Source: Calditrichales bacterium (GTDB lineage: Bacteria; Calditrichota; Calditrichia; Calditrichales; J004). From it: a stretch of DNA of 64,000 bases. Each line of letters opens with the position of its first letter. Position 1 is the stretch's first letter. Both the position numbers and the translations under genes were made by a program. The notes beneath the pieces were generated by a model. It did not search any database. It was not told the origin of the DNA and was given only the letters and a program-made list of their open reading frames with translations. Below, piece by piece: positions 10,016-20,228 of this stretch. The stretch lies in NCBI GenBank assembly GCA_965267575.1, contig OZ254086.1:3963818-4027817 (forward strand), given 5' to 3'.

Positions 10016-10962
10016 GTCTGGTTCTCCTTGCGGATAAGCTTAAGACTGAATTTTTCCGGGCTTGCTTCCAGCCAGGTGATATTGTCCGGCGTATCGATTT
10101 GCATCAGGTATTCCGATTCGCCGCGGCTATAGCTGGTGGCAAAATCAAATATCACGCTGATCTCGTCACGATCTAACGCGGCCACACGGCTTTCAGCGCC
10201 TTTTACACGCAGCGAGATCGTTTCCGGCGTGGGACGGGCGTTAAGGCCCTGCGGCACATTGATAATACGGATCGGGATATTATAGACTGTACGCTCCACA
10301 ATTTGTTCAATCACAAAAGAAGCAGCAATCTGCTGCGGTTCGATTGTGATAACTTCGGGATAGGGATTCTTCAGATCGGCGTTGACATCAAACGGGTATC
10401 GCACATCCTTGCGGCTGATTTTTTGCGTTTCAACATAAGCCATCGTGTCAATCATCGATTGCGGCCCGGTAACCGTCGCCGAATCAAGCTCCGCACTGCT
10501 TTCCACCAGCAAGAAACCCGCTTCCGGGGAAATGTCTGCATCCACGCGTAGCGGCAGTTGCAGGCTTACCAGCCTGTCCACCTGCAGATTCAGACGTGTC
10601 GGTTCAATGATATCACGCACCACTATTCCCTTATCGCTGCCAAATTGAAGCCTGTCCACATAATCGGCCATTTCGATCGTTGCGCTGGATTCAACCTCGG
10701 GCAGTTGCAGTTCCGTATCGCTGTGAAAAAAAGAAAACCAGAGCAGCGCGCTGCCGGTGCCGCTCACCCTTATTTTGGCGTTTTCCGGTGGTTTGTTTTT
10801 CAGCACAAGGCCCGGGGCCAGGCGTGTTATTTTGAGCGGAATCTGCAATGTATGCGTGTATTCCTTATCAAGCGCTACCACAAACCACAAACCAAGGGAG
10901 AGCATAAAACACAAAGCTAACGAGCGGTAGTTTTTCTTGAACCAGGCGATCAGTTTTTCCAT
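10012..10962 (-). CDS. YbbR-like repeat domain protein (membrane-anchored)
   Basis: 316 aa. An N-terminal TM (LALCFMLSLGLWFVVAL) is followed by repeated beta-rich modules of the form 'v.v.G....l'. It overlaps tsaD by 4 nt. Confidence 0.55.
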   Translation of the reverse strand: MEKLIAWFKKNYRSLALCFMLSLGLWFVVALDKEYTHTLQIPLKITRLAPGLVLKNKPPENAKIRVSGTGSALLWFSFFHSDTELQLPEVESSATIEMADYVDRLQFGSDKGIVVRDIIEPTRLNLQVDRLVSLQLPLRVDADISPEAGFLLVESSAELDSATVTGPQSMIDTMAYVETQKISRKDVRYPFDVNADLKNPYPEVITIEPQQIAASFVIEQIVERTVYNIPIRIINVPQGLNARPTPETISLRVKGAESRVAALDRDEISVIFDFATSYSRGESEYLMQIDTPDNITWLEASPEKFSLKLIRKENQT

Positions 10963-10965
10963 TAA

Positions 10966-11757
10966 TCAGCCGAGCTTAATCAGGATTTTATCTTTATTTT
11001 TGTCAAAAGAAAGGAGCGCTGCGGCACTGCCCCGGTTGGCGGCCACCTCCAGAAATCCCCTGCTGTTCCAGAGCGCCATCAATTCGCCGGGCTGCTTTTC
11101 ACTGTAATAATCATTCACCTCGGAAGTGTTAAAGCCTTTCGTTTTTACATACTCCACGCGTTTTTTCTTTAAACGCTCCAGGTCTCGCTGGGCAAAACCC
11201 GAAATAATATTACCAAAACGGTCAATCGTGATAACGTCCACTTCCAGCTCGCTGCCGGCTTTGCGGAAATAGGGTCTTGGTATTTCCGTTCTTTCATCCA
11301 GCTTAATGCCCAGACGCTCGCAGGGCACGCCATTGGCGAGACGCGCCGCCACCGGGGCAAACAGATCACGGGCATGGAACGTATGGCTCACCTGCGCCGC
11401 GCCCAGCTTTGACGGATCTATCTCATAAGAGGTGTAGGCTTCCTGGCTGTAAATAAAATGAAAAATGCCATTATCCGGACCCACATAAAAATGCCGCGCT
11501 GTCTTGATAATGGCCGCACGGCGGGGACTGCCCACGCCCGGATCGACCACGGCCAAATGAACGGTGCCGCGCGGAAAATTGTCATAATAGTTGTTCAAAG
11601 TAAAAGCGGCTTCCCCGATATCATAGGTAACTATGTCATGACTTATATCGATGATCTCCGCGTCGGGCGCGATGCTTTTAATAACGCCCTTAACACTTCC
11701 TACATATCCGTCGCGTGTTCCAAAATCGGTAAGCAAAGTGATAATTTTTGGGGTCAT
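10966..11757 (-). CDS. S-adenosyl-L-methionine hydroxide adenosyltransferase family protein (DUF62)
   Basis: 263 aa. The canonical N-terminus ITLLTDFGTRDGYVGSVKGVI is followed by VVDPGVGS. Confidence 0.85.
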   Translation of the reverse strand: MTPKIITLLTDFGTRDGYVGSVKGVIKSIAPDAEIIDISHDIVTYDIGEAAFTLNNYYDNFPRGTVHLAVVDPGVGSPRRAAIIKTARHFYVGPDNGIFHFIYSQEAYTSYEIDPSKLGAAQVSHTFHARDLFAPVAARLANGVPCERLGIKLDERTEIPRPYFRKAGSELEVDVITIDRFGNIISGFAQRDLERLKKKRVEYVKTKGFNTSEVNDYYSEKQPGELMALWNSRGFLEVAANRGSAAALLSFDKNKDKILIKLG

Positions 11758-11760
11758 GAT

Positions 11761-12573
11761 CTACCTGCCTTTTTTCTGGCATTTGGGGCACAGATGCGTT
11801 CCGCGCCCGGCAAAGCGGATTTTTTCAATTGTTGTTCCGCAATCGGGACAGGGCAAGCCGGCACGGTCATATACTTTAAAAAACAGTTGATTGCTTCCTG
11901 CCACACCGCGCGGATCACGGTAATCCGAAATGGTACTTCCCATATTGACAATGGCAAAGGACAAAACCTCGCGGATATGCTCAAAAAGTTCCACGGCCTT
12001 TTTGCTGCTTATCCTGTCAGCCGGGCGCGCCGGGTGTATTTTTGCCCGGAACAACCCTTCATCCACGTAAATATTGCCCAGTCCGGAAATATATTTCTGA
12101 GACATCAGCATAGCTTTGATATTCATCTTTGTAGAACGCAGCATCTGAAAAAACTTCTGCGCCGAAAGCGCTTCATCCAAAGCATCAGTGCCAACGTGAC
12201 CTATCACCTCGTTAAGGTCGTTTACATGATACATCCGGCCGAACTTCCGTACATCACGAAAACATAAAACCGTACCGTCCTGAAAACGCACAACAACACG
12301 AATGTAGGGGTCTTCGGGCATCTCGCCAAAAGTATCATAGCGCAGCAGCTGGCCGGTCATTCGCAGATGGACAACCAAGTATCCCCGGTCCAGTCGCAAC
12401 AACAGGTATTTGGCATGACGCCCTACTCCCTTAATGCTGCGGTCTTCCAGGCTGCCGGCCGATCTCAGCTCCAGCGATCGCGGCCAAACCGCTTCCACGG
12501 TTTGAATTTTTTTGCCAGGGAGCCAGCTGCGCAGTTCCCGGGCCACAGTTTCAACTTCAGGTAATTCCGGCAT
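11761..12573 (-). CDS. mutM: Formamidopyrimidine-DNA glycosylase
   Basis: 270 aa. It has MPELPEVET at the N-terminus and a C-terminal zinc finger, CPDCGTTIEKIRFAGRGTHLCPKCQ. Confidence 0.92.
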   Translation of the reverse strand: MPELPEVETVARELRSWLPGKKIQTVEAVWPRSLELRSAGSLEDRSIKGVGRHAKYLLLRLDRGYLVVHLRMTGQLLRYDTFGEMPEDPYIRVVVRFQDGTVLCFRDVRKFGRMYHVNDLNEVIGHVGTDALDEALSAQKFFQMLRSTKMNIKAMLMSQKYISGLGNIYVDEGLFRAKIHPARPADRISSKKAVELFEHIREVLSFAIVNMGSTISDYRDPRGVAGSNQLFFKVYDRAGLPCPDCGTTIEKIRFAGRGTHLCPKCQKKGR

Positions 12574-12612
12574 CTCGAATCTACAAAGTTAACTATAATA
12601 AAAACAACACCT

Positions 12613-13614
12613 TTAAAGCGGCAGATAATCCGGCAGGCCGATATTGATAAGACGAGCGTTGTTAGCAGCCGGATAGGCCTTTCTCTCACCTTCCAGTTGC
12701 TGCAACAGGGTGTATGCCTCACCAATCTCTGTTTGCTTCTGAACCGCCAGCCGGGCCTGTATTTTGGCGTCGTTCCGGTTGTCGTGTTTCATGTAATAAA
12801 CCGCGCGGAAATAATGGCGGTCTGCGTCGTTTAGAATGCCCGCAAAAGGTCCGCTCAATAACGTGTAAGCGCGTTCATCCTCACCGTTTTTAAACAAAGC
12901 ATATACCAGGAGAAGAGCGGTATTCCGGTTCATCTGCATCAGTTCCCTATATGTCTCAAGCTGCTGCTGTACGTCTTCAAAGCGCTCCTGTTCAAAATGC
13001 AGCCGTGCCGAGACGTGAAAATATTCAGCCTGCAACCGCGTATTGTTCAGCTTAGCTTCGCGCCGGTAATCATCCAGCTTGTTGGCGCAGAGGCCATATT
13101 CGCGACGCTGCAAGTAGCATTCGGCGACGGCCAGATGTAAAAAATGTTGTGCCGGTTCCAGCGTGTGCGCACGGTTAAAATAAGATATGGCGTTGTCATA
13201 GCGATACATTTTCATCAGCAGGCGTCCGGACTTGATCATCACGCGGGCATAATTGGAGCGAAGACGCAGCGCGTCGTTATAATCCTTCAGGGCTTTTTCG
13301 GCTTTGTCCTGCTTGGCATAGACATCACCGCGCAGCTCAAAATAGCGGGCAATGCGATCATTGCGCATAATGGCGCGTTCGACCAGCTCAAGCGCCATAT
13401 CATAATTGCCATTCTCATATTCCTGGAGGGCGCGGGAATAGCTGCGCAGACCGGTGTCTTCTTCGGTGGGAACGGTTTGGGACGGTGAACAGGCCAGTAA
13501 CGGAAAAAACAGTCCCAAAGAGGTAAAAAAAATAAAGCGCTTAACCTTCTTTTTGAATGGCGCGCACTTCGCTGATAAAGCTTTTGTATTCCGGTTCTTC
13601 CGTAAAAGGCGCAT
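12613..13614 (-). CDS. TPR-repeat lipoprotein
   Basis: The lipoprotein-type signal is FIFFTSLGLFFPLLAC. Several TPR-like repeats follow (ALELVERAIMRN, YFELRGDVYAKQDKAEKALKDYNDALRL). I chose the start at ATG 13614. The track start at 13644 is also possible. Either start overlaps the upstream gene. Confidence 0.6.
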   Translation of the reverse strand: MRLLRKNRNTKALSAKCAPFKKKVKRFIFFTSLGLFFPLLACSPSQTVPTEEDTGLRSYSRALQEYENGNYDMALELVERAIMRNDRIARYFELRGDVYAKQDKAEKALKDYNDALRLRSNYARVMIKSGRLLMKMYRYDNAISYFNRAHTLEPAQHFLHLAVAECYLQRREYGLCANKLDDYRREAKLNNTRLQAEYFHVSARLHFEQERFEDVQQQLETYRELMQMNRNTALLLVYALFKNGEDERAYTLLSGPFAGILNDADRHYFRAVYYMKHDNRNDAKIQARLAVQKQTEIGEAYTLLQQLEGERKAYPAANNARLINIGLPDYLPL

Positions 13615-14173
13615 TACGCTTAACGCTGCGTTCGCTGACATCAAGAATTTCCTGGATGATCGATGATGAATTTTCTTCGGCCCACCCGCGAATCTTTTCT
13701 AGCAAGATGGTTTTATTGTCCCCGGTAACCGCCTGATTAATAACGCGGGCAACCACATGTGTCATCAGCTTATCGTCGCCTGCAGCATAATGTTCCAGAT
13801 AATCCATAACCGATTCCAGATCATGACGGGCGGCATAATGCATCGAACTTAAAGTGAACTGGCGCAGGTTGGAATCCTCGTCGTTCAACAAGGCTTCAAA
13901 AGCCCGCTCCCAGCCGTCGCGCGGGCCATAGCGGCCAATCATTTCAGCGAGGGTGCTCTTGTCCTGAATGGCTTTGTGGTGGTCACTGCGATAATATTCG
14001 TCGATAAATGAGGGCAGCTGGTGATAGAGTTCAGGCGTTATGTCTTCGGGGGTCTCAAGGTTGAGGTGTTTGCACAAGCGAATCAATAATTTAGAAGCCG
14101 ATTGTACTTTGCCGACAGAGGGCTTTGTTTTCAGGTAGTAGTCGTGTAAACGCTGTAAGTCGGACATATCCAA
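13541..14173 (-). CDS. Hypothetical all-alpha protein (HEAT/armadillo-like guess)
   Basis: 210 aa with no motif I recognise. Codon structure and operon context support coding. The track start is a TTG at 14173, and an ATG lies 6 nt downstream at 14167. Confidence 0.4.
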   Translation of the reverse strand: MDMSDLQRLHDYYLKTKPSVGKVQSASKLLIRLCKHLNLETPEDITPELYHQLPSFIDEYYRSDHHKAIQDKSTLAEMIGRYGPRDGWERAFEALLNDEDSNLRQFTLSSMHYAARHDLESVMDYLEHYAAGDDKLMTHVVARVINQAVTGDNKTILLEKIRGWAEENSSSIIQEILDVSERSVKRNAPFTEEPEYKSFISEVRAIQKEG

Positions 14174-14235
14174 TCCCGTAATTCCTTCAATCCGTGCAAA
14201 GCATTTAATATACGCTGTGGCGATATTTCATACAA

Positions 14236-14700
14236 TCACTTGCCGGCGCTTTTGCGGAAACGGTCTAGTCCGGCGAAACGCGCGGGCACAAAAGCCACCC
14301 AATAAAGCACGGCCATTATAGCGGCGTTTTCCGCCACTTTCAGCCAGCTCACCTGTTGCACGCCGGCCAGGCTGACGCCGCAGCCGCAATCGATTTCCAA
14401 ACCACGCAAAAGCGCGCTGATAACGGCCAGCGTAAAAACGCCCATCAGAGTAAAGGCTGTGACGGCCGTGGAAGAGGTAAACAGGCCAAGCAGCAAAAAC
14501 AATCCGCAATAAAACTCCAGCCAGGGTATCATCACGGCGGGGATGTTGCTGAGCAGATCCGGGATGAGCTGGTAGTCACGGATGGCTGTGGCGAATTCGG
14601 CAGGTTGTATAATTTTGGCCGACGCGGCATATAGAAAGTATGCGCCAAGGGCCACACGCAGCAGAAAAATCAGATAGCGGTTTTTAAGGATTGTTTTCAT
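14236..14700 (-). CDS. MauE/DoxX-family redox-associated membrane protein
   Basis: There are four hydrophobic helices, beginning MKTILKNRYLIFLLRVALGAYFLYAASAKI, and a CGCG motif in the last third. I moved the start to the ATG at 14700, which forms an ATGA overlap with the rhodanese stop. Confidence 0.65.
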   Translation of the reverse strand: MKTILKNRYLIFLLRVALGAYFLYAASAKIIQPAEFATAIRDYQLIPDLLSNIPAVMIPWLEFYCGLFLLLGLFTSSTAVTAFTLMGVFTLAVISALLRGLEIDCGCGVSLAGVQQVSWLKVAENAAIMAVLYWVAFVPARFAGLDRFRKSAGK

Positions 14701-15164
14701 CGCTTTGCACTTTCCAGCGGATATCCCGCCTTGCGCCATTCACTGTAGCCGCCGGCAAAGATCGCCACACGGTCATAGCCCGCTTCGTTGAGCTTTTTGG
14801 CAAGAATATTGGCCTGGTTGCAGGTGGCGCTGTAGCAATAGACCACCAGGTTGGTATTCTTATCAAGACTTTTAAGACCCGCTTCTGAAGAAACATCCTG
14901 AGTGCTGTAAACAACATTAACAGAACCGGGTATGTGCGAGCGGTCGTATTGCATCACATTACGCGCATCAACAAAAACAGCTTCCCCGGCCTGCCAGATC
15001 TTTTTGGCTTCGTACAAGCTGAGCACGGTACCGTCTTTGATTAGTTGAGGATGATATAGAAGGTCTACACTGCTTACCGAAACCGCGTTGAAGCTGAGGC
15101 TGCTTACCACAGTCAGCACCAGTATCAACAAGATATGTTGCCATTTTAAATCTTTGATCTTCAC
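14697..15164 (-). CDS. Exported or membrane-anchored rhodanese-domain sulfurtransferase
   Basis: 155 aa. It has an N-terminal hydrophobic segment, FVDARNVMQYDRSHIPGSVNV, and an active-site loop VVYCYSATCNQA followed by GGYSEWRKAGYP. Confidence 0.8.
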   Translation of the reverse strand: MKIKDLKWQHILLILVLTVVSSLSFNAVSVSSVDLLYHPQLIKDGTVLSLYEAKKIWQAGEAVFVDARNVMQYDRSHIPGSVNVVYSTQDVSSEAGLKSLDKNTNLVVYCYSATCNQANILAKKLNEAGYDRVAIFAGGYSEWRKAGYPLESAKR

Positions 15165-16339
15165 GCAAAAACCTCCTGCAACAGTTTTTGAATCTTACCA
15201 AATGCCTCTTCCAGCTGCTCCATAGACGCGGCGTAGGAAATGCGCGCATGGCCGTCCGTGCCAAAGCCGCTACCGGGTACCGTTGATACATCTGCTTTTT
15301 CCAGAAGCAGGTTGCAAAAATCGAAATCGTTTTCAATGGCACCTTTAAAAAAGGCACTGACGTCGGGGAAAAAATAAAATGCTCCGTAGGGCTTTTCAAA
15401 AGAGATACCGTCTATCTCTGAAAGTTTTTGTTGCACAAAGCGCCGTCTTTCGGCAAATGTATCGCGCATCCGGTTTACAAAATTCTGCGAGGCATTTAAG
15501 GCCGCCAGAGCGGCATACTGCGAAATGCTGGCCGGATTGGAAGAATTGTGGCTCTGTATCTTTTCAGCTGCGTCGATGAGGGTTATGGGACCGGCCGCAT
15601 AGCCGATGCGCCAGCCCGTCATGGCATACGCTTTGGAAACACCCTGGAACAGCACAACGTCCGTCATATCCCGCAAAATGCCCATACTGGCAAAATCGAC
15701 ATCATCGTAAAGCAGGGGCGCGTAAATCTCATCGCTTAAAACGACAATACCGCTGCCGGAAAGTACTTCGCCCAGAGCCTGCAGTTCACTTTTTGTGTAA
15801 ACCATGCCGGTAGGATTGGCCGGGTTGCTGATCAGTAACGCCTTGGTGCGCGGTGTTATGGCCATGCGCAGTTGTTCCGGCGTAAGCTTAAAACTGTTTT
15901 GCGCGGGACAGTCCACAAAAATAGGCAAACCGCCCGCCAGGCAGATCATTTCAGGATGCGACGGCCAGTACGGGGACGGGATGATCACCTCATCGCCTTC
16001 ATCTATCAGGGCCATGATGACATTGTAAATGGCCTGTTTGGCGCCGTTGCCCACAAGAATCTCCGCCGGATTGTAGCGCAGCTTATGATCTTCCTCAAGC
16101 CGCCGGCACACCGCCTCGCGCAGTTCCAGGATGCCGCGTGTCAGCGTATAGCGTGTCTTGTTTTCGCGAATAGCCTGCCAGGCCGCTTCCTTAATAAAAT
16201 CCGGCGTGTCAAAATCCGATTCGCCCACACCCAGGTTTATGATACTGCGGCCTGTTCTTTTAAGCTCTATGGTACGCGCGGCCATGGCCATTGTGGCCGA
16301 TGTGCCCAGACGCTTTACCCTGTGCGAGAGGTATTTCAT
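15161..16339 (-). CDS. Class-I pyridoxal-phosphate-dependent aminotransferase (aspartate/aromatic type)
   Basis: 392 aa. It has the PLP-lysine block SKAYAMTGWRIGY, plus NPANPTG and the N-terminal LGVGESDFDTP. Confidence 0.85.
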   Translation of the reverse strand: MKYLSHRVKRLGTSATMAMAARTIELKRTGRSIINLGVGESDFDTPDFIKEAAWQAIRENKTRYTLTRGILELREAVCRRLEEDHKLRYNPAEILVGNGAKQAIYNVIMALIDEGDEVIIPSPYWPSHPEMICLAGGLPIFVDCPAQNSFKLTPEQLRMAITPRTKALLISNPANPTGMVYTKSELQALGEVLSGSGIVVLSDEIYAPLLYDDVDFASMGILRDMTDVVLFQGVSKAYAMTGWRIGYAAGPITLIDAAEKIQSHNSSNPASISQYAALAALNASQNFVNRMRDTFAERRRFVQQKLSEIDGISFEKPYGAFYFFPDVSAFFKGAIENDFDFCNLLLEKADVSTVPGSGFGTDGHARISYAASMEQLEEAFGKIQKLLQEVFA

Positions 16340-16905
16340 AGATAGGTTTTAAAAAAGTTGTTTAGCAGGTGAAAGCCGACTTCCGTCATGATCGATTCCG
16401 GGTGGAACTGCACACCTTCGATCATCAGCGGCTTGTGGCGCAGTCCCATCACCACGCCGTCTTTTGTTTCTGCGCTTATTTCCAGCTCTTCCGGTACGGT
16501 GGCGCGCTGTACGATGAGCGAATGATAGCGCGTTGCGACAAAGGGATTGGGCAGCCCGTTAAAAACCGTTTTATTATCATGAAAGATTTCTGACGTTTTG
16601 CCGTGCATAAGCTGCGGTGCGCGCACAACCCTGCCGCCGAAAGACTCGCCAATGGCCTGATGCCCCAGGCAGACGCCCAAAATTGGCACGTTGCCCTTGA
16701 GACGATCGATTGCCTGCAGCGTAACACCCGCATTTTTTGGAATGCCCGGCCCCGGCGAGATCACCAGTGCCTCATATTTTTTTTCGACAATCTGCTCAAC
16801 GCTGATCTTGTCGTTCCGGATCACCTCGAACGGCAGCTCGAGACGCCCCAGCAACTGCGCGATGTTAAACGTAAAAGAGTCGTAATTGTCCAGCAGAAGA
16901 ATCAT
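16336..16905 (-). CDS. trpG: Anthranilate synthase component II (glutamine amidotransferase, TrpG/PabA type)
   Basis: MILLLDNYDSFTFN, the catalytic GVCLGHQAIG and the HPES block are present. The track start at 16923 is a GTG inside trpE. The ATG at 16905 lies 5 nt after the trpE stop. Confidence 0.85.
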   Translation of the reverse strand: MILLLDNYDSFTFNIAQLLGRLELPFEVIRNDKISVEQIVEKKYEALVISPGPGIPKNAGVTLQAIDRLKGNVPILGVCLGHQAIGESFGGRVVRAPQLMHGKTSEIFHDNKTVFNGLPNPFVATRYHSLIVQRATVPEELEISAETKDGVVMGLRHKPLMIEGVQFHPESIMTEVGFHLLNNFFKTYL

Positions 16906-16910
16906 TGCTG

Positions 16911-18418
<1,508 letters not shown>

Positions 18419-18422
<4 letters not shown>

Positions 18423-19726
18423 TCCTGCGGCGTTTCCCCGGGTTTTTGCTCTTCGCTTTCCTTTTTCTCACGCTTTATCACGCGTACCCGTTCAATGCGC
18501 CGGCGGTAAACGCGTTCCACGACAAAATCATAACCGTTCCATGATATCTGGCTCTTGGTTTTTGGAACCGTGCCAAAACGTCCCAACAGGAACCCGGCCA
18601 GCGTTTCGGCGCCTTCTTCGGTGGGCAAATCAAATTCAAGTTCCTGGTTCAGTTCCTCCAGCAGAATGCCGCCGGTTACCAGGAACACATTATCATCAAT
18701 GCGCGATATCATCGGCGCTTCACGATCGTATTCATCCTGTATTTCGCCAACGATCTCTTCAATTACATCTTCAAGTGTAACGAGGCCGGCCGTGCCGCCA
18801 TATTCATCTACAACAATGGCCATGTGTATACGCTCCGTGCGGAATTCGCGCAGCAACGTGTTGATCGTTTTCTGGTCCGGTACAAAATAGGGTGGATTGG
18901 CCACGGAGAGCAGGTTAAAATCGCTTGTGTTTCTTTTGCGGATAAGCGGCAGCAGGTCTTTAACGTGTAAAATGCCAACCACGTTGTCGATAGTATCTTT
19001 ATAGATCGGAATACGGCTGTGGCGCTTGTCTTTAAGAATGCGCAAAAGCTGCGTCACACTGGTTTTTTCTTCCACGCAGACCATATCGATGCGCGGGATC
19101 ATGATCTCTTTGGCGGTGGTATCGCTCATCTCAAAGATACCGTGGATCATCTCGCGCTCATCCTGTTCAAGGCCCATGTGGCTGTCGGAAACGTTCACGA
19201 TCGAGCGCAGCTCATCTTCAGAGAGACTGAATTTGGTTTTGTTCAGCCCAAAAGGCTTTCCGACAATACCGATAATATAATCCACTACGACAATCAGCGG
19301 ATAGGTCACGTAATAAAAAAGGGAAACGGGAATGGCCAGGGCGATAACAACCTGCCTTGAATTGGCCGGAGATATGATCTTAGCCAGCAGTTCCACCACA
19401 AGAATAATGATAAAGGCCGCCAGCAATAACACAGGCAGCAACCAGATATTGCGGATTAACGAATACCAGTCCAGCGCCACATAAACGGCCATAAACATAA
19501 AGGCGGTTTTTAGCAGAACCAGACAGATGTACAGTTTTCTTGGCTGTTGAAATATAAAAGCGGCCTGACGTTCGGCGAGCCTTTCGCTTCTGCCGAATTC
19601 AGCAATCTGCGATTTGTTGATATTAAAAAAAGCAGCTTCCGCGCCTGAAAAAATCGCGGCCACCAATAAAAATATTATGAAAAAGATCAGGTAACTAAAC
19701 GATGACGGGTCCAAGAGACTGGACAA
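18419..19726 (-). CDS. CNNM/CorC-HlyC family transporter (DUF21, CBS pair, CorC_HlyC)
   Basis: 435 aa. It has a four-TM DUF21 N-terminus, a CBS pair (IMIPRIDMV...HSRIPIY) and a C-terminal transporter-associated domain. The track start is a TTG directly abutting an AGGAGG, so the exact start is uncertain. Confidence 0.85.
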
Positions 19727-19799
19727 CCTCCTAACTTTGTTCCACTTATGTCAGAGAAAAGAAAATTTAGAATATTTGAACACTTATTACAATTAAACT

Positions 19800-20228
19800 T
19801 CAAAGGATCTCGCTGTTCATGGCCACAAGCCGGTCTTCTTCTTTTTTCATGCGCTCGTAAGCACTTTTATTCCTATCATCAAATCCGGCCAGATGCAGCA
19901 TGCCGTGAATTACAAGACGAATGACCTCGCTTTCCCAGGAGACGTTAAACTGCGCGGCATGTTCCCGGGCACGGGCCACACTGATGTAAATTTCCGCTTC
20001 AAAAACATCGTCATCGGAAAGATCGAAAGTAATAACATCCGTGGGAGAGGGATCATCCAGGTAGGTGCCGTGCATTTCCGCCAGTGATTCATCATCCAGG
20101 AAAACAACGCTAAGATCGCCGGAAGTCAGCCGCAGTTCGTCAGCCGTGCGCTGTGCCGCCTGCCGCAATTGATCAAATGTAAGGGGTAGTTTTGGCCCGC
20201 CCTGGGCAAAAAACTGCACGTCGATCAT
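19800..20228 (-). CDS. ybeY: Endoribonuclease YbeY (rRNA maturation)
   Basis: 142 aa with the zinc motif HGMLHLAGFDD. It overlaps the upstream pgpH-like gene by 4 nt. Confidence 0.92.
   Translation of the reverse strand: MIDVQFFAQGGPKLPLTFDQLRQAAQRTADELRLTSGDLSVVFLDDESLAEMHGTYLDDPSPTDVITFDLSDDDVFEAEIYISVARAREHAAQFNVSWESEVIRLVIHGMLHLAGFDDRNKSAYERMKKEEDRLVAMNSEIL

Noticed and set aside
11458-12267. 269-aa plus-strand ORF opposite mutM and the DUF62 gene (also the 282-aa ORF at 16905-17753 opposite trpE)
   Set aside because: These are shadow ORFs spanning a gene junction on the other strand. The opposite-strand genes have diagnostic motifs.
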